In this document: positions 16,797-25,966 of the stretch, piece after piece | Layout of the letters: each line of letters starts with the position of its first letter | Numbering within the stretch: position 1 is the stretch's first letter | Assembly: GCF_000018105.1 (NCBI RefSeq) | Contig: NC_009925.1 | Coordinates: 3,060,001 to 3,092,000, forward strand | DNA length: 32,000 bases | From: Acaryochloris marina MBIC11017 | GTDB lineage: Bacteria > Cyanobacteriota > Cyanobacteriia > Thermosynechococcales > Thermosynechococcaceae | Direction of reading: 5' to 3' | Translations under genes and position numbers: made by a program | Notes under the pieces: model-generated | What the model was told of the DNA's origin: nothing | Seen by the model: the letters and a program-made list of their open reading frames with translations, nothing else | The model's database searches: none

Positions 16797-18647
16797 CTAA
16801 ATGTGTTGTTTGGCATCAATGGCAGACTGCATTTTTTCGCACAGTTCGGGGAGCTTCAATAGCTCCTGCTCTTCTGAATGCCGAGTTCGAATATTGAGGG
16901 TCTGGGCTTCGACTTCTTTTTGACCCACCACGGCGACCACCGGAATTTTTTCCAGGGCGGACTGGCGAATTTGTTTTCCTAAACGCTCTCCCGTCTGATC
17001 GATTTCAGCCCGAAAACCCTTCTGCTGAAGCTGCTCTAAGACTTCAAGGGCATAGGGGCGTTGGGCATCACTGACAACGAGTAGCCGAATTTGTACGGGG
17101 GCTAGCCATAGGGGGAAATCCCCTGCATAATTCTCGATTAAAATGCCGAAGAATCGTTCTAAAGACCCGAAAATGGCCCGATGAATCATAATGGGACGTT
17201 GCCGCGTTCCATCTGCAGCGACATATTCCATCTTGAAGCGCTCGGGTAAGTTAAAGTCCACCTGAATTGTGGAGCATTGCCACAGCCGTCCGATCGCATC
17301 CCGTATCTTGAGATCGATCTTCGGTCCATAAAAGGCACCCCCGCCTTCATCCGTCAGGTACTCCCAGCCTTTACGGTCTAGGGCCGTGCGCAAGTCCTGG
17401 GTGGCCAAGTCCCAAATCTCATCGCTACCCACTGATTTATCAGGCCGGGTTGAGAGATTAACCTCATAATCCCGAAAGCCAAAGTCCGACAACACCGTTT
17501 CGGTTAGATCCAGAACCGCCAAAATCTCATCGGCCACCTGATCCGGTAGACAGAAAATATGGGCATCGTCTTGGGTAAAGCCCCGGACCCGCATCAGTCC
17601 ATGTAAGGTCCCGGAGCGTTCGTACCGATAGACCGTCCCTAACTCCGCCCACCGCAGGGGAAACTCTCGATAGGAGTGGAGGTCGTGCTGATAGGTGAGC
17701 ACATGAAAGGGACAGTTCATGGGTTTGATCTGATAGGCCTGGGTCTCCACTTCCATTTGATCAAACATGCTGTCCCGGTAGAAGTCGAAATGACCCGAGG
17801 TCTTCCACAGATCCAGGTTGGCCATATGAGGGGTATAGAGCAACTCATATCCCCCCTGTGTATGCGCTTGTCGCCAGTAGGTTTCAATGACCTGGCGAAT
17901 TCGAGCCCCTCGGGGATGCCAAAAGACCAGTCCTCCGCCAGCGTTGTCTTCAATACTAAAAAGCTTCAGATTTTTGCCCAACAGGCGATGGTCTCGACGC
18001 TGGGCTTCTTCTTTTTGGTGCAGGTAAGCTTTTAACTGCTTCGGTGTTTCCCAGGCGGTTCCATAAATCCGCTGTAGCTGCGCTTGGGTTTCATCGCCAC
18101 GCCAGTAGGCTCCGGCGACGCTTTCGAGCATAAAGGCCTTAGAGTGCAGTTCCCCCGTACTGTTGAGATGGGGACCCGAGCACAGATCCCACCAAAATTC
18201 ATTGGGGGCCACTGGTAGAGGCTCAATGAGTGAGGCTTCCGCCTCGGGATGTTGGGTCCGTCCCGTGTCAGGACTGCCAATAAAATAGCGGGTAATGGTT
18301 TCCCCCGCCGGAATCTGGGCCAATATTTCTAATTTGTAGGGTTCTTGCAACTGTTCCAGTTCGGCCTGCATCTGATCGCGATCCACTTGTTCGCGGATGA
18401 TGGGCAAATTGGCTTTGATAATCCGCCGCATCTGAGTTGATATGGCATCTAAATCTTCTGGCGTAAATGCCTGGTCCCGGTCAAAGTCATAGTAGAAACC
18501 GGTCTCTGTCGTTGGACCAATCGTCACCTTCGTCTCCGGAAACAGATTCTGCACCGCCATGGCCATCACATGGGCGCAGGTGTGGCGGAGTCGCTGCAAT
18601 TGTTCAGTGGAATTGGGCGCTGACAGGGTCGAAGAAGCAGTAGACAT
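16797..18647 (-). CDS. thrS: threonyl-tRNA synthetase (no TGS domain), operator-controlled copy
   Basis: Editing-domain HTCAHVMA, class II catalytic core (KPMNCPFHV, RVRGFTQDDAHIF, GGGAFYGPKID) and a C-terminal anticodon-binding domain. It starts directly at the N2 domain. Confidence 0.9.
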   Translation of the reverse strand: MSTASSTLSAPNSTEQLQRLRHTCAHVMAMAVQNLFPETKVTIGPTTETGFYYDFDRDQAFTPEDLDAISTQMRRIIKANLPIIREQVDRDQMQAELEQLQEPYKLEILAQIPAGETITRYFIGSPDTGRTQHPEAEASLIEPLPVAPNEFWWDLCSGPHLNSTGELHSKAFMLESVAGAYWRGDETQAQLQRIYGTAWETPKQLKAYLHQKEEAQRRDHRLLGKNLKLFSIEDNAGGGLVFWHPRGARIRQVIETYWRQAHTQGGYELLYTPHMANLDLWKTSGHFDFYRDSMFDQMEVETQAYQIKPMNCPFHVLTYQHDLHSYREFPLRWAELGTVYRYERSGTLHGLMRVRGFTQDDAHIFCLPDQVADEILAVLDLTETVLSDFGFRDYEVNLSTRPDKSVGSDEIWDLATQDLRTALDRKGWEYLTDEGGGAFYGPKIDLKIRDAIGRLWQCSTIQVDFNLPERFKMEYVAADGTRQRPIMIHRAIFGSLERFFGILIENYAGDFPLWLAPVQIRLLVVSDAQRPYALEVLEQLQQKGFRAEIDQTGERLGKQIRQSALEKIPVVAVVGQKEVEAQTLNIRTRHSEEQELLKLPELCEKMQSAIDAKQHI

Positions 18648-18685
18648 AGAGGCTTGAAGGGAAGGGTGAAGGGTTGCTTAAGCAT

Positions 18686-18702
18686 ATGATAATGATTATC
18701 AT
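18686..18702. promoter_or_regulatory. shared Zur/Fur-type operator in the thrS / folE divergent promoter region
   Basis: ATGATAATGATTATCAT is a perfect 8-1-8 palindrome. A TATAAT lies at 18711-18716 on the plus strand and another at 18706-18701 on the minus strand. Confidence 0.7.
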
Positions 18703-18789
18703 TATATCTGTATAATGTCAGTTTGCTTTTGGATTAAAGCCGACTGGATCTCGAAGTTCCTCTTATCCCTTTCCGCATTAGGAGTTTGT

Positions 18790-19425
18790 ATGACCGTGCC
18801 TTCCATCCCTTCATTTGTCCCTGAGACGCTTACCACTGAAGCTCAGCCCATCGTCTCGGAGGCCGAAATGGAGGCCGCCGTCCGCACGTTGTTGCTGGGT
18901 ATGGGTGAAGATCCCGATCGCGAAGGCCTGCGAGATACCCCTAAGCGAGTGGTTAAATCTTTAAAATTTCTGTCTTCGGGTTATCAGCAATCCCTGGATG
19001 AATTGCTAAATGGGGCCGTCTTCTCCGAAGATCTAGATGAAATGGTACTGGTGCGCGATATTGACCTCTTTAGTTCCTGCGAACATCACATCTTGCCCAT
19101 CATCGGCAAAGCCCATGTGGCCTATATCCCCAACGGCAAAGTGATTGGCCTGTCGAAAATCGCCCGCATCTGTGAAATGTATGCTCGGCGACTTCAGGTC
19201 CAAGAACGGTTAACCGCCCAAATTGCTGATGCCTTACAGGGTCTCCTGAAGCCCCAAGGGGTAGCTGTCGTGGTAGAAGCAAGCCATATGTGTATGGTGA
19301 TGCGTGGGGTACAAAAACCCGGATCGTGGACCTCCACCAGCGCGATGCGAGGCGTCTTTTCCAGTGATGCCCGCACCCGCCAAGAGTTCTTTAACTTGGT
19401 TGCCCACGCACCCGCCATTCGCTAG
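18790..19425 (+). CDS. folE: GTP cyclohydrolase I (FolE type IA)
   Basis: Contains [18 protein letters not shown] and [14 protein letters not shown] lies 7 nt upstream of the ATG at 18790; the track start at 18715 is probably too far upstream. Confidence 0.9.
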   Translation: MTVPSIPSFVPETLTTEAQPIVSEAEMEAAVRTLLLGMGEDPDREGLRDTPKRVVKSLKFLSSGYQQSLDELLNGAVFSEDLDEMVLVRDIDLFSSCEHHILPIIGKAHVAYIPNGKVIGLSKIARICEMYARRLQVQERLTAQIADALQGLLKPQGVAVVVEASHMCMVMRGVQKPGSWTSTSAMRGVFSSDARTRQEFFNLVAHAPAIR

Positions 19426-19449
19426 TTCCGGCTTCAGCCGATCAGCACT

Positions 19450-20424
19450 ATGCTTCCCGTCCCTGGACTCTTTGAATACCGTCTGCCCGTCACCCTGATC
19501 ACGGGCTTTTTGGGGAGTGGTAAAACCACTCTGCTGAACCATCTAATGCGCCATCTGAGGGATCGACGCGCGGCGGTGTTTGTCAATGAATTTGGAGCCA
19601 TTGACATTGATAGCCAAATTCTGGTGACCGTAGATGAAGATCTGGTGGCCTTGTCTAACGGCTGTATCTGCTGCCAGATCAGAGATGATTTTCTGATGGC
19701 CTTCCGACGGGTTTTGGCCTATAACCAAATGCAAACGTCTGCCGGAAAACGGGGGCTAGATGCCATTTTCTTGGAAACATCTGGGGTGGCCGATCCCTAT
19801 CCACTGATGCTCACCTTTAGAGCGACTGAACTCTGGAGCTTAACCCGGTTGGATGCAATCCTGACCGTTGTGGATGCTGAGACCTTTACAGCTGAGTATT
19901 TCCAAAGTCAGGCTGCTCTTGCCCAAATTCAACATGGCGACATCATCCTGCTGAATAAAACTGATCTAGTGGATGACGAACAGCTTAGGTCTGTAGAAAC
20001 AGAAATTCAGCGCTTCAAGCCCCAGGCCAGGATATTACCGATGACCTATGGTCAAGTTCCTCTTTCCAGCGTTTTGGATGTGGATCTCTATTCCGAGGAC
20101 ATGTCAACAGACTCCCCCTCAGGAGTCCAGCATCTGCAGAATGACGGGTTTGTCGCTGTCCCCTTTGAAAGCGATCGCCCCTTTAGCTTAAGAAAATTTC
20201 AGAAATTTTTGGACTATCAGCTCCCCTCAGAAGTCTTTCGAGCAAAAGGGGTTCTCTGGTTTGACGAAAGTCCCCACAGACATCTCTTTCAACTCAGTGG
20301 TAAGCGGAGCCAACTTCAGGATGAGGCTTGGCAAGATCCTCCCAGAAACCAACTGGTGTGCATTGGCCGTAACCTAGATGAAGAAGAATTACAACATCAG
20401 CTCCATCAGTGTCTTGCCCCATGA
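19450..20424 (+). CDS. COG0523 (CobW/ZigA/Zng1-type) metallochaperone GTPase
   Basis: Walker A GFLGSGKTTLLN, the metal motif GCICCQI, NKTDL, and a CobW_C-like C-terminal domain (RAKGVLWF). Confidence 0.85.
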   Translation: MLPVPGLFEYRLPVTLITGFLGSGKTTLLNHLMRHLRDRRAAVFVNEFGAIDIDSQILVTVDEDLVALSNGCICCQIRDDFLMAFRRVLAYNQMQTSAGKRGLDAIFLETSGVADPYPLMLTFRATELWSLTRLDAILTVVDAETFTAEYFQSQAALAQIQHGDIILLNKTDLVDDEQLRSVETEIQRFKPQARILPMTYGQVPLSSVLDVDLYSEDMSTDSPSGVQHLQNDGFVAVPFESDRPFSLRKFQKFLDYQLPSEVFRAKGVLWFDESPHRHLFQLSGKRSQLQDEAWQDPPRNQLVCIGRNLDEEELQHQLHQCLAP

Positions 20425-21179
20425 ATAGTCCTTCTGTTATAGCCGTCGCTGGCCCCTGTGGCAGTGGTAAAACCACCTGGATTAACCAGTTTTTAAAAAT
20501 TGAAACGGCTCCCTTCTTTTATTTCTATCCAGACCTAGACCGGAGCTCCGTTGACTTAATACGGATTGGCTATTCTTTCCCTAGGACCCAGGTGATGTCT
20601 GATCTGCAGGCTCCTCAGATGTTCTCCTCCCTGCCCGACGGAGCAATCATCTATCTAGAGCTAGATTTTCCTCAGCCCATAGAACCTCTCCTGCCGAAGG
20701 CGCTTCCTTGTCATCACGTGGCTTTACTGCCGCCTTATCTTCAAGATTCTGCCTGGCACGAATGGGCAGATGAGATTGTTCCAGGAAACAAAATTACGAT
20801 TCCAAATGTAACCCAGCCCTCTGAGCGATGGCACGCCCCCTTGCAGGGGCAAGTCTTTGATCCTGCAAGCTTAGAGGTCGTGCTGACGGAACTGATCGAG
20901 GGAGCCTATGGTGATGTTGATCGTTTGAAAGGTATCTTTGAGATGCCCGATGGCCAAGCCCTTTATATTGATTTTGTGGCCGGGCTAGAGGGGGTTGAAT
21001 ATACCGAACTCAATATTCCTCGTTGGCTAGAGGGACGACCCGACCGCTGGAGTGGGATTGAAGTCATAGGCAACAATCTACAGCCTAAAATCATCTCCGA
21101 AACCCTCTTGGATGGAGGCCTAACTGATCAAATCATTGCCTATTATCAACAGCAATACCAAGCCTTAAGCCCTGCATAA
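20421..21179 (+). CDS. degenerate COG0523-like P-loop protein lacking the CxCC motif
   Basis: Has Walker A GPCGSGKTTWINQF and a CobW_C-like RLKGIFEMPDG but no CxCC and no NKxD. The ATG at 20421 overlaps the upstream TGA (ATGA, 20421-20424). Confidence 0.6.
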   Translation: MNSPSVIAVAGPCGSGKTTWINQFLKIETAPFFYFYPDLDRSSVDLIRIGYSFPRTQVMSDLQAPQMFSSLPDGAIIYLELDFPQPIEPLLPKALPCHHVALLPPYLQDSAWHEWADEIVPGNKITIPNVTQPSERWHAPLQGQVFDPASLEVVLTELIEGAYGDVDRLKGIFEMPDGQALYIDFVAGLEGVEYTELNIPRWLEGRPDRWSGIEVIGNNLQPKIISETLLDGGLTDQIIAYYQQQYQALSPA

Positions 21180-21207
21180 CCTTAAGCCCTTTATAAAATC
21201 GTTCAGT

Positions 21208-22020
21208 ATGAAACTTGCGGTGATTTCCTGTATTCATGGCAATTATGAGGCCCTGAATACCGTGCTCTCTGATATTGATCAGCATCAAGCCGACCAAATT
21301 TACTGTCTGGGTGATTTAGTCGGTTATGGTCCCCACCCCAATGCTGTAGTGGAGATGATTCGTTCCCTCGATATTCCCACCTGTCAAGGCTGCTGGGACG
21401 AAGATGTGGTCGAAGGTCTCAATGCCTGTGAATGTAGCTATCCTTCCTTGATCGCAGAGAAGCGGGGAAGGCAGGCCCATGAATGGACGAACCAAGTCAT
21501 CCATCCAGAGGTGCGGGACTATCTAGCCCAACTCCCCATGACCCTGCAGGCTGAGAATATGGTCTTTGTCCACGGGAGTCCCAACAGTCAGCATGAATAT
21601 TTACTGCCTAGCATGGATGGATTTGCTGCCCTAGAGCGGGTAGTCTCCACCGACGCAGATGTCTTGTTCTGTGGCCATACCCATGTTCCCTATGTGCGGG
21701 AGCTAGAGGATGGCAAGCTCTCCGTGCGCGTTCACCAACCGGGACAAGACGACCAGCAGCACCAGTTCACGGCGTCCTTGAAGCGAATTATCAATGCCGG
21801 ATCCGTGGGAGAACCCCGCCATGGACGTCCCAATGCGACTTACGTTCTCTATGACACCGATACGGCCCAGGTCACCCTTCGGGAGGTGCCTTATGACTAC
21901 GAGAAGACCTGTGCAGCCATTGTTGACAAGGGCTTGCCGCCCATTTTTGCCTGGCGCTTGGCGCGAGGGATGGAGTTTGCAGAGCGAGCCGATGATCCTA
22001 GCCATGTATGTCAGCGGTAG
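21208..22020 (+). CDS. metallophosphoesterase-family protein with non-canonical metal-ligand motifs
   Basis: The calcineurin-like scaffold is kept in GDLVGYG, VHGSP and GHTH. Motif I reads SCIHGN (usually SDIHGN) and motif III reads GCWDE (usually GNHD/E). It carries a Cys cluster CQGC...CEC. Confidence 0.7.
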   Translation: MKLAVISCIHGNYEALNTVLSDIDQHQADQIYCLGDLVGYGPHPNAVVEMIRSLDIPTCQGCWDEDVVEGLNACECSYPSLIAEKRGRQAHEWTNQVIHPEVRDYLAQLPMTLQAENMVFVHGSPNSQHEYLLPSMDGFAALERVVSTDADVLFCGHTHVPYVRELEDGKLSVRVHQPGQDDQQHQFTASLKRIINAGSVGEPRHGRPNATYVLYDTDTAQVTLREVPYDYEKTCAAIVDKGLPPIFAWRLARGMEFAERADDPSHVCQR

Positions 22021-22045
22021 CTGGCCCCAATTCAGGAGGTAGAAA

Positions 22046-22798
22046 ATGGAACAGTGGGCAATTTTAAGCGGGATTGAGGGCAATCTCGGCGCCTATGAGG
22101 CGGTACTGGCCGATATTCGCCGACAGCGCGTGTCGGACCTGTATGTCTTAGGCGACTTTGTGGGCTTCCAGGGAGACAACGAGGCCGTGATCCAGCGACT
22201 CCAGTCTCCGGGTGTTGGCGAATTAGAACCTCAAATTTGTATCGGCTGGTGGGAGGAACAGTGCTTTAATTTGTACGGGTTGGGCGGCCTGCCCGATGCC
22301 CCAGAACTGGTAGAACAAGAGGGAGCCGATGCGGTTCAGCGTCTCTGGGAATCGGTCTCCCGGCAGTCTGTGCAGTGGATGAGATCACTTCACTTTGGGT
22401 TTCACGAATTAGACTGCCTGCTGATCCACGGCAGTACCGTGGGCTATGCGGATGAACTCACACCGGATACCCCGGCGATGCAATTGTGCGATCGCTTGAT
22501 TCGAGCCGATGCCAACCATCTCTTCTGTGGCCGTTCAGGCCGCACCTTTGAATGCTGGGTCACTCCCACTCAGCTAAACTCTACCGTCACCACCCTAGAT
22601 GGAACTCAACCTACCCAAGACCAAAGCAAATCGGCCCGGCGCGTCATCGGCGTCGGTTCAGTCGGATGCAATCCTGGGGAGGCTACCTACACCTTGTATA
22701 GCCCAGGCAGTAACCAGCTCTCTTTTAGAACTGTCAACTATGGGCAGGCCCAATACGGAAGAACAAAGAGAGAAAAAGTAAAAGGTTTCGGCTCCTGA
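22046..22798 (+). CDS. metallophosphoesterase-like paralog with degenerate active site
   Basis: Same layout as the upstream gene, but motif I is SGIEGN, motif III is GWWEE and motif V is GRSGRT. GDFVGF and IHGS are retained. Confidence 0.6.
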   Translation: MEQWAILSGIEGNLGAYEAVLADIRRQRVSDLYVLGDFVGFQGDNEAVIQRLQSPGVGELEPQICIGWWEEQCFNLYGLGGLPDAPELVEQEGADAVQRLWESVSRQSVQWMRSLHFGFHELDCLLIHGSTVGYADELTPDTPAMQLCDRLIRADANHLFCGRSGRTFECWVTPTQLNSTVTTLDGTQPTQDQSKSARRVIGVGSVGCNPGEATYTLYSPGSNQLSFRTVNYGQAQYGRTKREKVKGFGS

Positions 22799-22860
22799 TA
22801 GGTTTTTCGCTTAAATGCAATGTCAGATAGTCTCAATGAGGTGTAACGATGTATCCATTC

Positions 22861-25800
22861 TTACGGAGAATCGCTATCTTCAGATTCTTCCATGATTTCG
22901 AAATCACTAATGTATTCCCGGACAACACGCTCGAAAAATAGTGGTGCCGGTAAAGTCGTAGATTCTGAATAGTGCCCGACTACATATCTTAAAGACTCAA
23001 CAAGACAGGCTATTTGGTCAGGATCGTCTTCTTCCTGACATAAGGTCACGACAATCTCAATTGGATTGGGCGTTGGCCATTGCTTTATGAAAGGCATTTT
23101 TTCAGACAATTCTCGTACTTCGAGACCAGCGGCATTTTTTATAGTTTTTACCTTCTTTGTCAAACCCGAATTTTCTGAGGATCCATCATCATTCTGAATC
23201 TCTACAGCGGTGTGTGCTTGAGTAGTACGATAGCAGCTTTGACCTCTCCACTGTTGCTGAACAGCTCTACTGCCGATAGACAAGTATGTTTTGCATCCTG
23301 TTGAGTTAGATGTGGATAGCCTGAATAGCTTGCCGAGCGTACTAGAGGCAGATGGGATTTTGAGATCTGGGTCTGCTGTAGCTCTTTGTTTCAATTCATC
23401 TAAGGATCTCCCATCGTCCATGAACGTTTCCATAAGGTGGCGTACTTTCTCTTCAATGATTCCCGGCGTAAATCCTTGTCGTATACGAATCAATCTCGCA
23501 CCTGCCCATTCTTTATGCATCCAATTGGAAACTCCTTCAAGGCGAATATCGTTCGCATCTATACGAGAATCAGCCAGCCAGGGCCATAAATACGCACAGT
23601 TGGTAGAATCTACCATTATTAGTGGATGCATGTTTTTCTCAACAGAGTCAGAAACAACGCATCTGACAAACTGCATGAAGTTTTTCTTGCGCATTTCACG
23701 ATTATTTCCTATCTTGACGGGAGAAATCGCTGAAACTTTCGTGAGTGCATCAGAAAATCTTTCCCACTCAGTTATCTCAAGCTTATTCTCGTCTGCATAA
23801 GCGCAGCGCATATCGCATAGCCCCGTTTCAACCTGAATACGAATCGCGATAGGTAAAAAGGTACTTTCAATACGCCCTCTCACACGTCCCTTTTGTTTCC
23901 GAACGATAGTGATAGCGATAATTTCTTTAGGTTTAGATTCTGACGGTATCTTCAAGCACTCGTCAACTTTGGCTTTGATGCCCTCGACACGACCTGAATG
24001 CGCAGATAATAAATCTTTTAGCGCCTGCTGCGCTCGACGGGAATAGTCTACTAAATCAACTTTGCTCTCTTCCTTCGTCCTCTCCATCTGAGTGATAAAT
24101 TGTACACAAGCGCCACCGACGCTAGCTAATGCTCTTCGTGTAGATGGTTTATTAATTGGATCATCTCGTTTATCTATGCCATTGTCTGTGAAAAACTTTG
24201 GAGCCAGCACAAGGCAGAATGTGTGCTCCTCTCTTGCAGCAATTTGATTAGCGATTGACTCCCATGCTTTAAGACGTTGTTTAGAACGCTCTTTCCCTTT
24301 TTTATTAGGTTCTGGAAGATCGTGTTTTGATCCATGTGTGTCTGGTGGTAAAGTGTTTGTCAAAATCTCAACGGATTTACCCCAGAGTAATTGAGCCGTC
24401 GCTTCCAGGAAGCTTAGCTCTTTTTGAAAGCCGTCTTGATAAAAGATGAAAAGAGATAGCTTTTTCCCTGGATATATTCTCTCTAGGGCACTACTGTTGC
24501 GGTCTCTGATCACCTTAAGTGCTTCAAATTCTTCCCTCTTTAATTCTTTAGTCTGAAGTCGCTTTCTCCCAGCGATAATAGCTTCTAACGAAAGACAAAA
24601 TTTTTCTTTCATCTGTTTCTCAAGCTGATTATCGCTAAGTTTATTTACGTAGTCTGGTGTAAAATTAACTGACTCAGACTCTTGTGCTTCGAGCATAGCG
24701 CTTAATAGTGTTGGTAGCTTAATTTCTTTTTCTTTCTGTCGTCCGCTGCTTTTATTTTTGACAACCTCATAATCGGTAAAAGGTACTAAGCCAATAGAAC
24801 GCACTAATTTCTCTATATTTACGTAGGCTTCTAACTTATCAGTCTCTGGTACGCCTACATCAATGCCATGTTTTTCCAGTCCGTTTCGATGCGTGAGGGC
24901 AAGCTGTGAGCCACCATAATCGGCCTTCTTCAGGACAATGTCTTGTCCACTAAATGCTTGCATACCCAAATCTAGCTGATTGCGAATAGCACCAAAGTCT
25001 TTAGCTGTTTTCCAACTCCACTCTTTGTTTTCTTTGCAGCAGACGACTTTGAAGCTGAATGTACGGCCTGGCAAATCTGGAGAAAATGCATAACCAAAAA
25101 TATCGTTGCGATAGCGATCAGGTGCCTCAAGTGAATCCAGCCATCGACGCTTCGAGACATCTATCTCAATTACTGGCTGGTGGACTGAAGGAAAGGTGAC
25201 GAGCTGTAGCTTCACCACCAAACTAAATCGGCCTTTATTCGTTATTGAGATCGGGGTAGTTACTAGCTCAGCAGTACTGCTCATAAATTTCCCGTAGCTA
25301 GAGATGACCCGCCTCATGGGACCGCAGCCTTTAAATATTTCTTGGCCTGCAATTAAACGAGCAATGTAATCTACAACTAACGTGTAGGCACGGCCGTGAT
25401 CTGCTTTAGTCGTTCCAGTTTTCTGCTGCCATGGCCACGGCAGAAGAGTCATTTCAAAGGGACGACTGTGTATGAGATTGCCTTTCTCAGCCAGCTCTCG
25501 TATTTGTTCTAGTAATTTCTCAGGGATATCTTTCTTTTCGCAGAACGGTCTCAAGTCATTAGTAATCCAGTTATTCAAGACAAGTCGCAATCTCTTTGAA
25601 AGCTCTTCATCGTTATCGCTATCTATCAGACGTGCGAAGTCATAATTTTGCGGATTGCTACTGCGGATTTCTCTGATTAAAGTGCTTTTTAAGCACAAGT
25701 GATTCTCAATTCGATCAATTTCTTTTACTAGGACGTTCAGTAGTCCTCTTAACGATTGATAGGGAAGTTCTTTGTACTTTTCTTCTTCTCCATAGGCTGC

Positions 25801-25956
25801 CTTGTGAATGTCACTAAAGCTCTTTAGAGCTTGCCTTGTCCAGACAAGTGTTACGCCACTGGCGTGAATTGGCGGTAAGTCATCTGGAACTGTAAATGCC
25901 AAAGCAACATCACGCAGCTTTTTGATTTGACCAGGCTGAATGTAGTATTTTGTCAT
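22861..25956 (-). CDS. large Argonaute-like protein, best fit pPIWI-RE (MID plus RNase H-fold PIWI module)
   Basis: 1031 aa with no NTPase motif. KPSTRRALASVGGACVQFI resembles the MID/PIWI K..R..G..Q.I block. The C-terminal ~250 aa has LIMVD(783)STN, LIRIRQG, NPIE(967)IVV and LRYVVGHY...LPAPLFFERV. It is the last gene of the nuclease-helicase-PIWI trio. Confidence 0.55.
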   Translation of the reverse strand: MTKYYIQPGQIKKLRDVALAFTVPDDLPPIHASGVTLVWTRQALKSFSDIHKAAYGEEEKYKELPYQSLRGLLNVLVKEIDRIENHLCLKSTLIREIRSSNPQNYDFARLIDSDNDEELSKRLRLVLNNWITNDLRPFCEKKDIPEKLLEQIRELAEKGNLIHSRPFEMTLLPWPWQQKTGTTKADHGRAYTLVVDYIARLIAGQEIFKGCGPMRRVISSYGKFMSSTAELVTTPISITNKGRFSLVVKLQLVTFPSVHQPVIEIDVSKRRWLDSLEAPDRYRNDIFGYAFSPDLPGRTFSFKVVCCKENKEWSWKTAKDFGAIRNQLDLGMQAFSGQDIVLKKADYGGSQLALTHRNGLEKHGIDVGVPETDKLEAYVNIEKLVRSIGLVPFTDYEVVKNKSSGRQKEKEIKLPTLLSAMLEAQESESVNFTPDYVNKLSDNQLEKQMKEKFCLSLEAIIAGRKRLQTKELKREEFEALKVIRDRNSSALERIYPGKKLSLFIFYQDGFQKELSFLEATAQLLWGKSVEILTNTLPPDTHGSKHDLPEPNKKGKERSKQRLKAWESIANQIAAREEHTFCLVLAPKFFTDNGIDKRDDPINKPSTRRALASVGGACVQFITQMERTKEESKVDLVDYSRRAQQALKDLLSAHSGRVEGIKAKVDECLKIPSESKPKEIIAITIVRKQKGRVRGRIESTFLPIAIRIQVETGLCDMRCAYADENKLEITEWERFSDALTKVSAISPVKIGNNREMRKKNFMQFVRCVVSDSVEKNMHPLIMVDSTNCAYLWPWLADSRIDANDIRLEGVSNWMHKEWAGARLIRIRQGFTPGIIEEKVRHLMETFMDDGRSLDELKQRATADPDLKIPSASSTLGKLFRLSTSNSTGCKTYLSIGSRAVQQQWRGQSCYRTTQAHTAVEIQNDDGSSENSGLTKKVKTIKNAAGLEVRELSEKMPFIKQWPTPNPIEIVVTLCQEEDDPDQIACLVESLRYVVGHYSESTTLPAPLFFERVVREYISDFEIMEESEDSDSP

Positions 25957-25966
25957 GGATAGCTAA

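Noticed and set aside
23291-23800. 169-aa plus-strand ORF. Similar antisense ORFs occur at 14725-15120, 16280-16657, 17676-18035, 11013-11315 and 21703-22083.
   Set aside because: Each is fully embedded antisense to a long, motif-supported CDS, so they are typical shadow ORFs.
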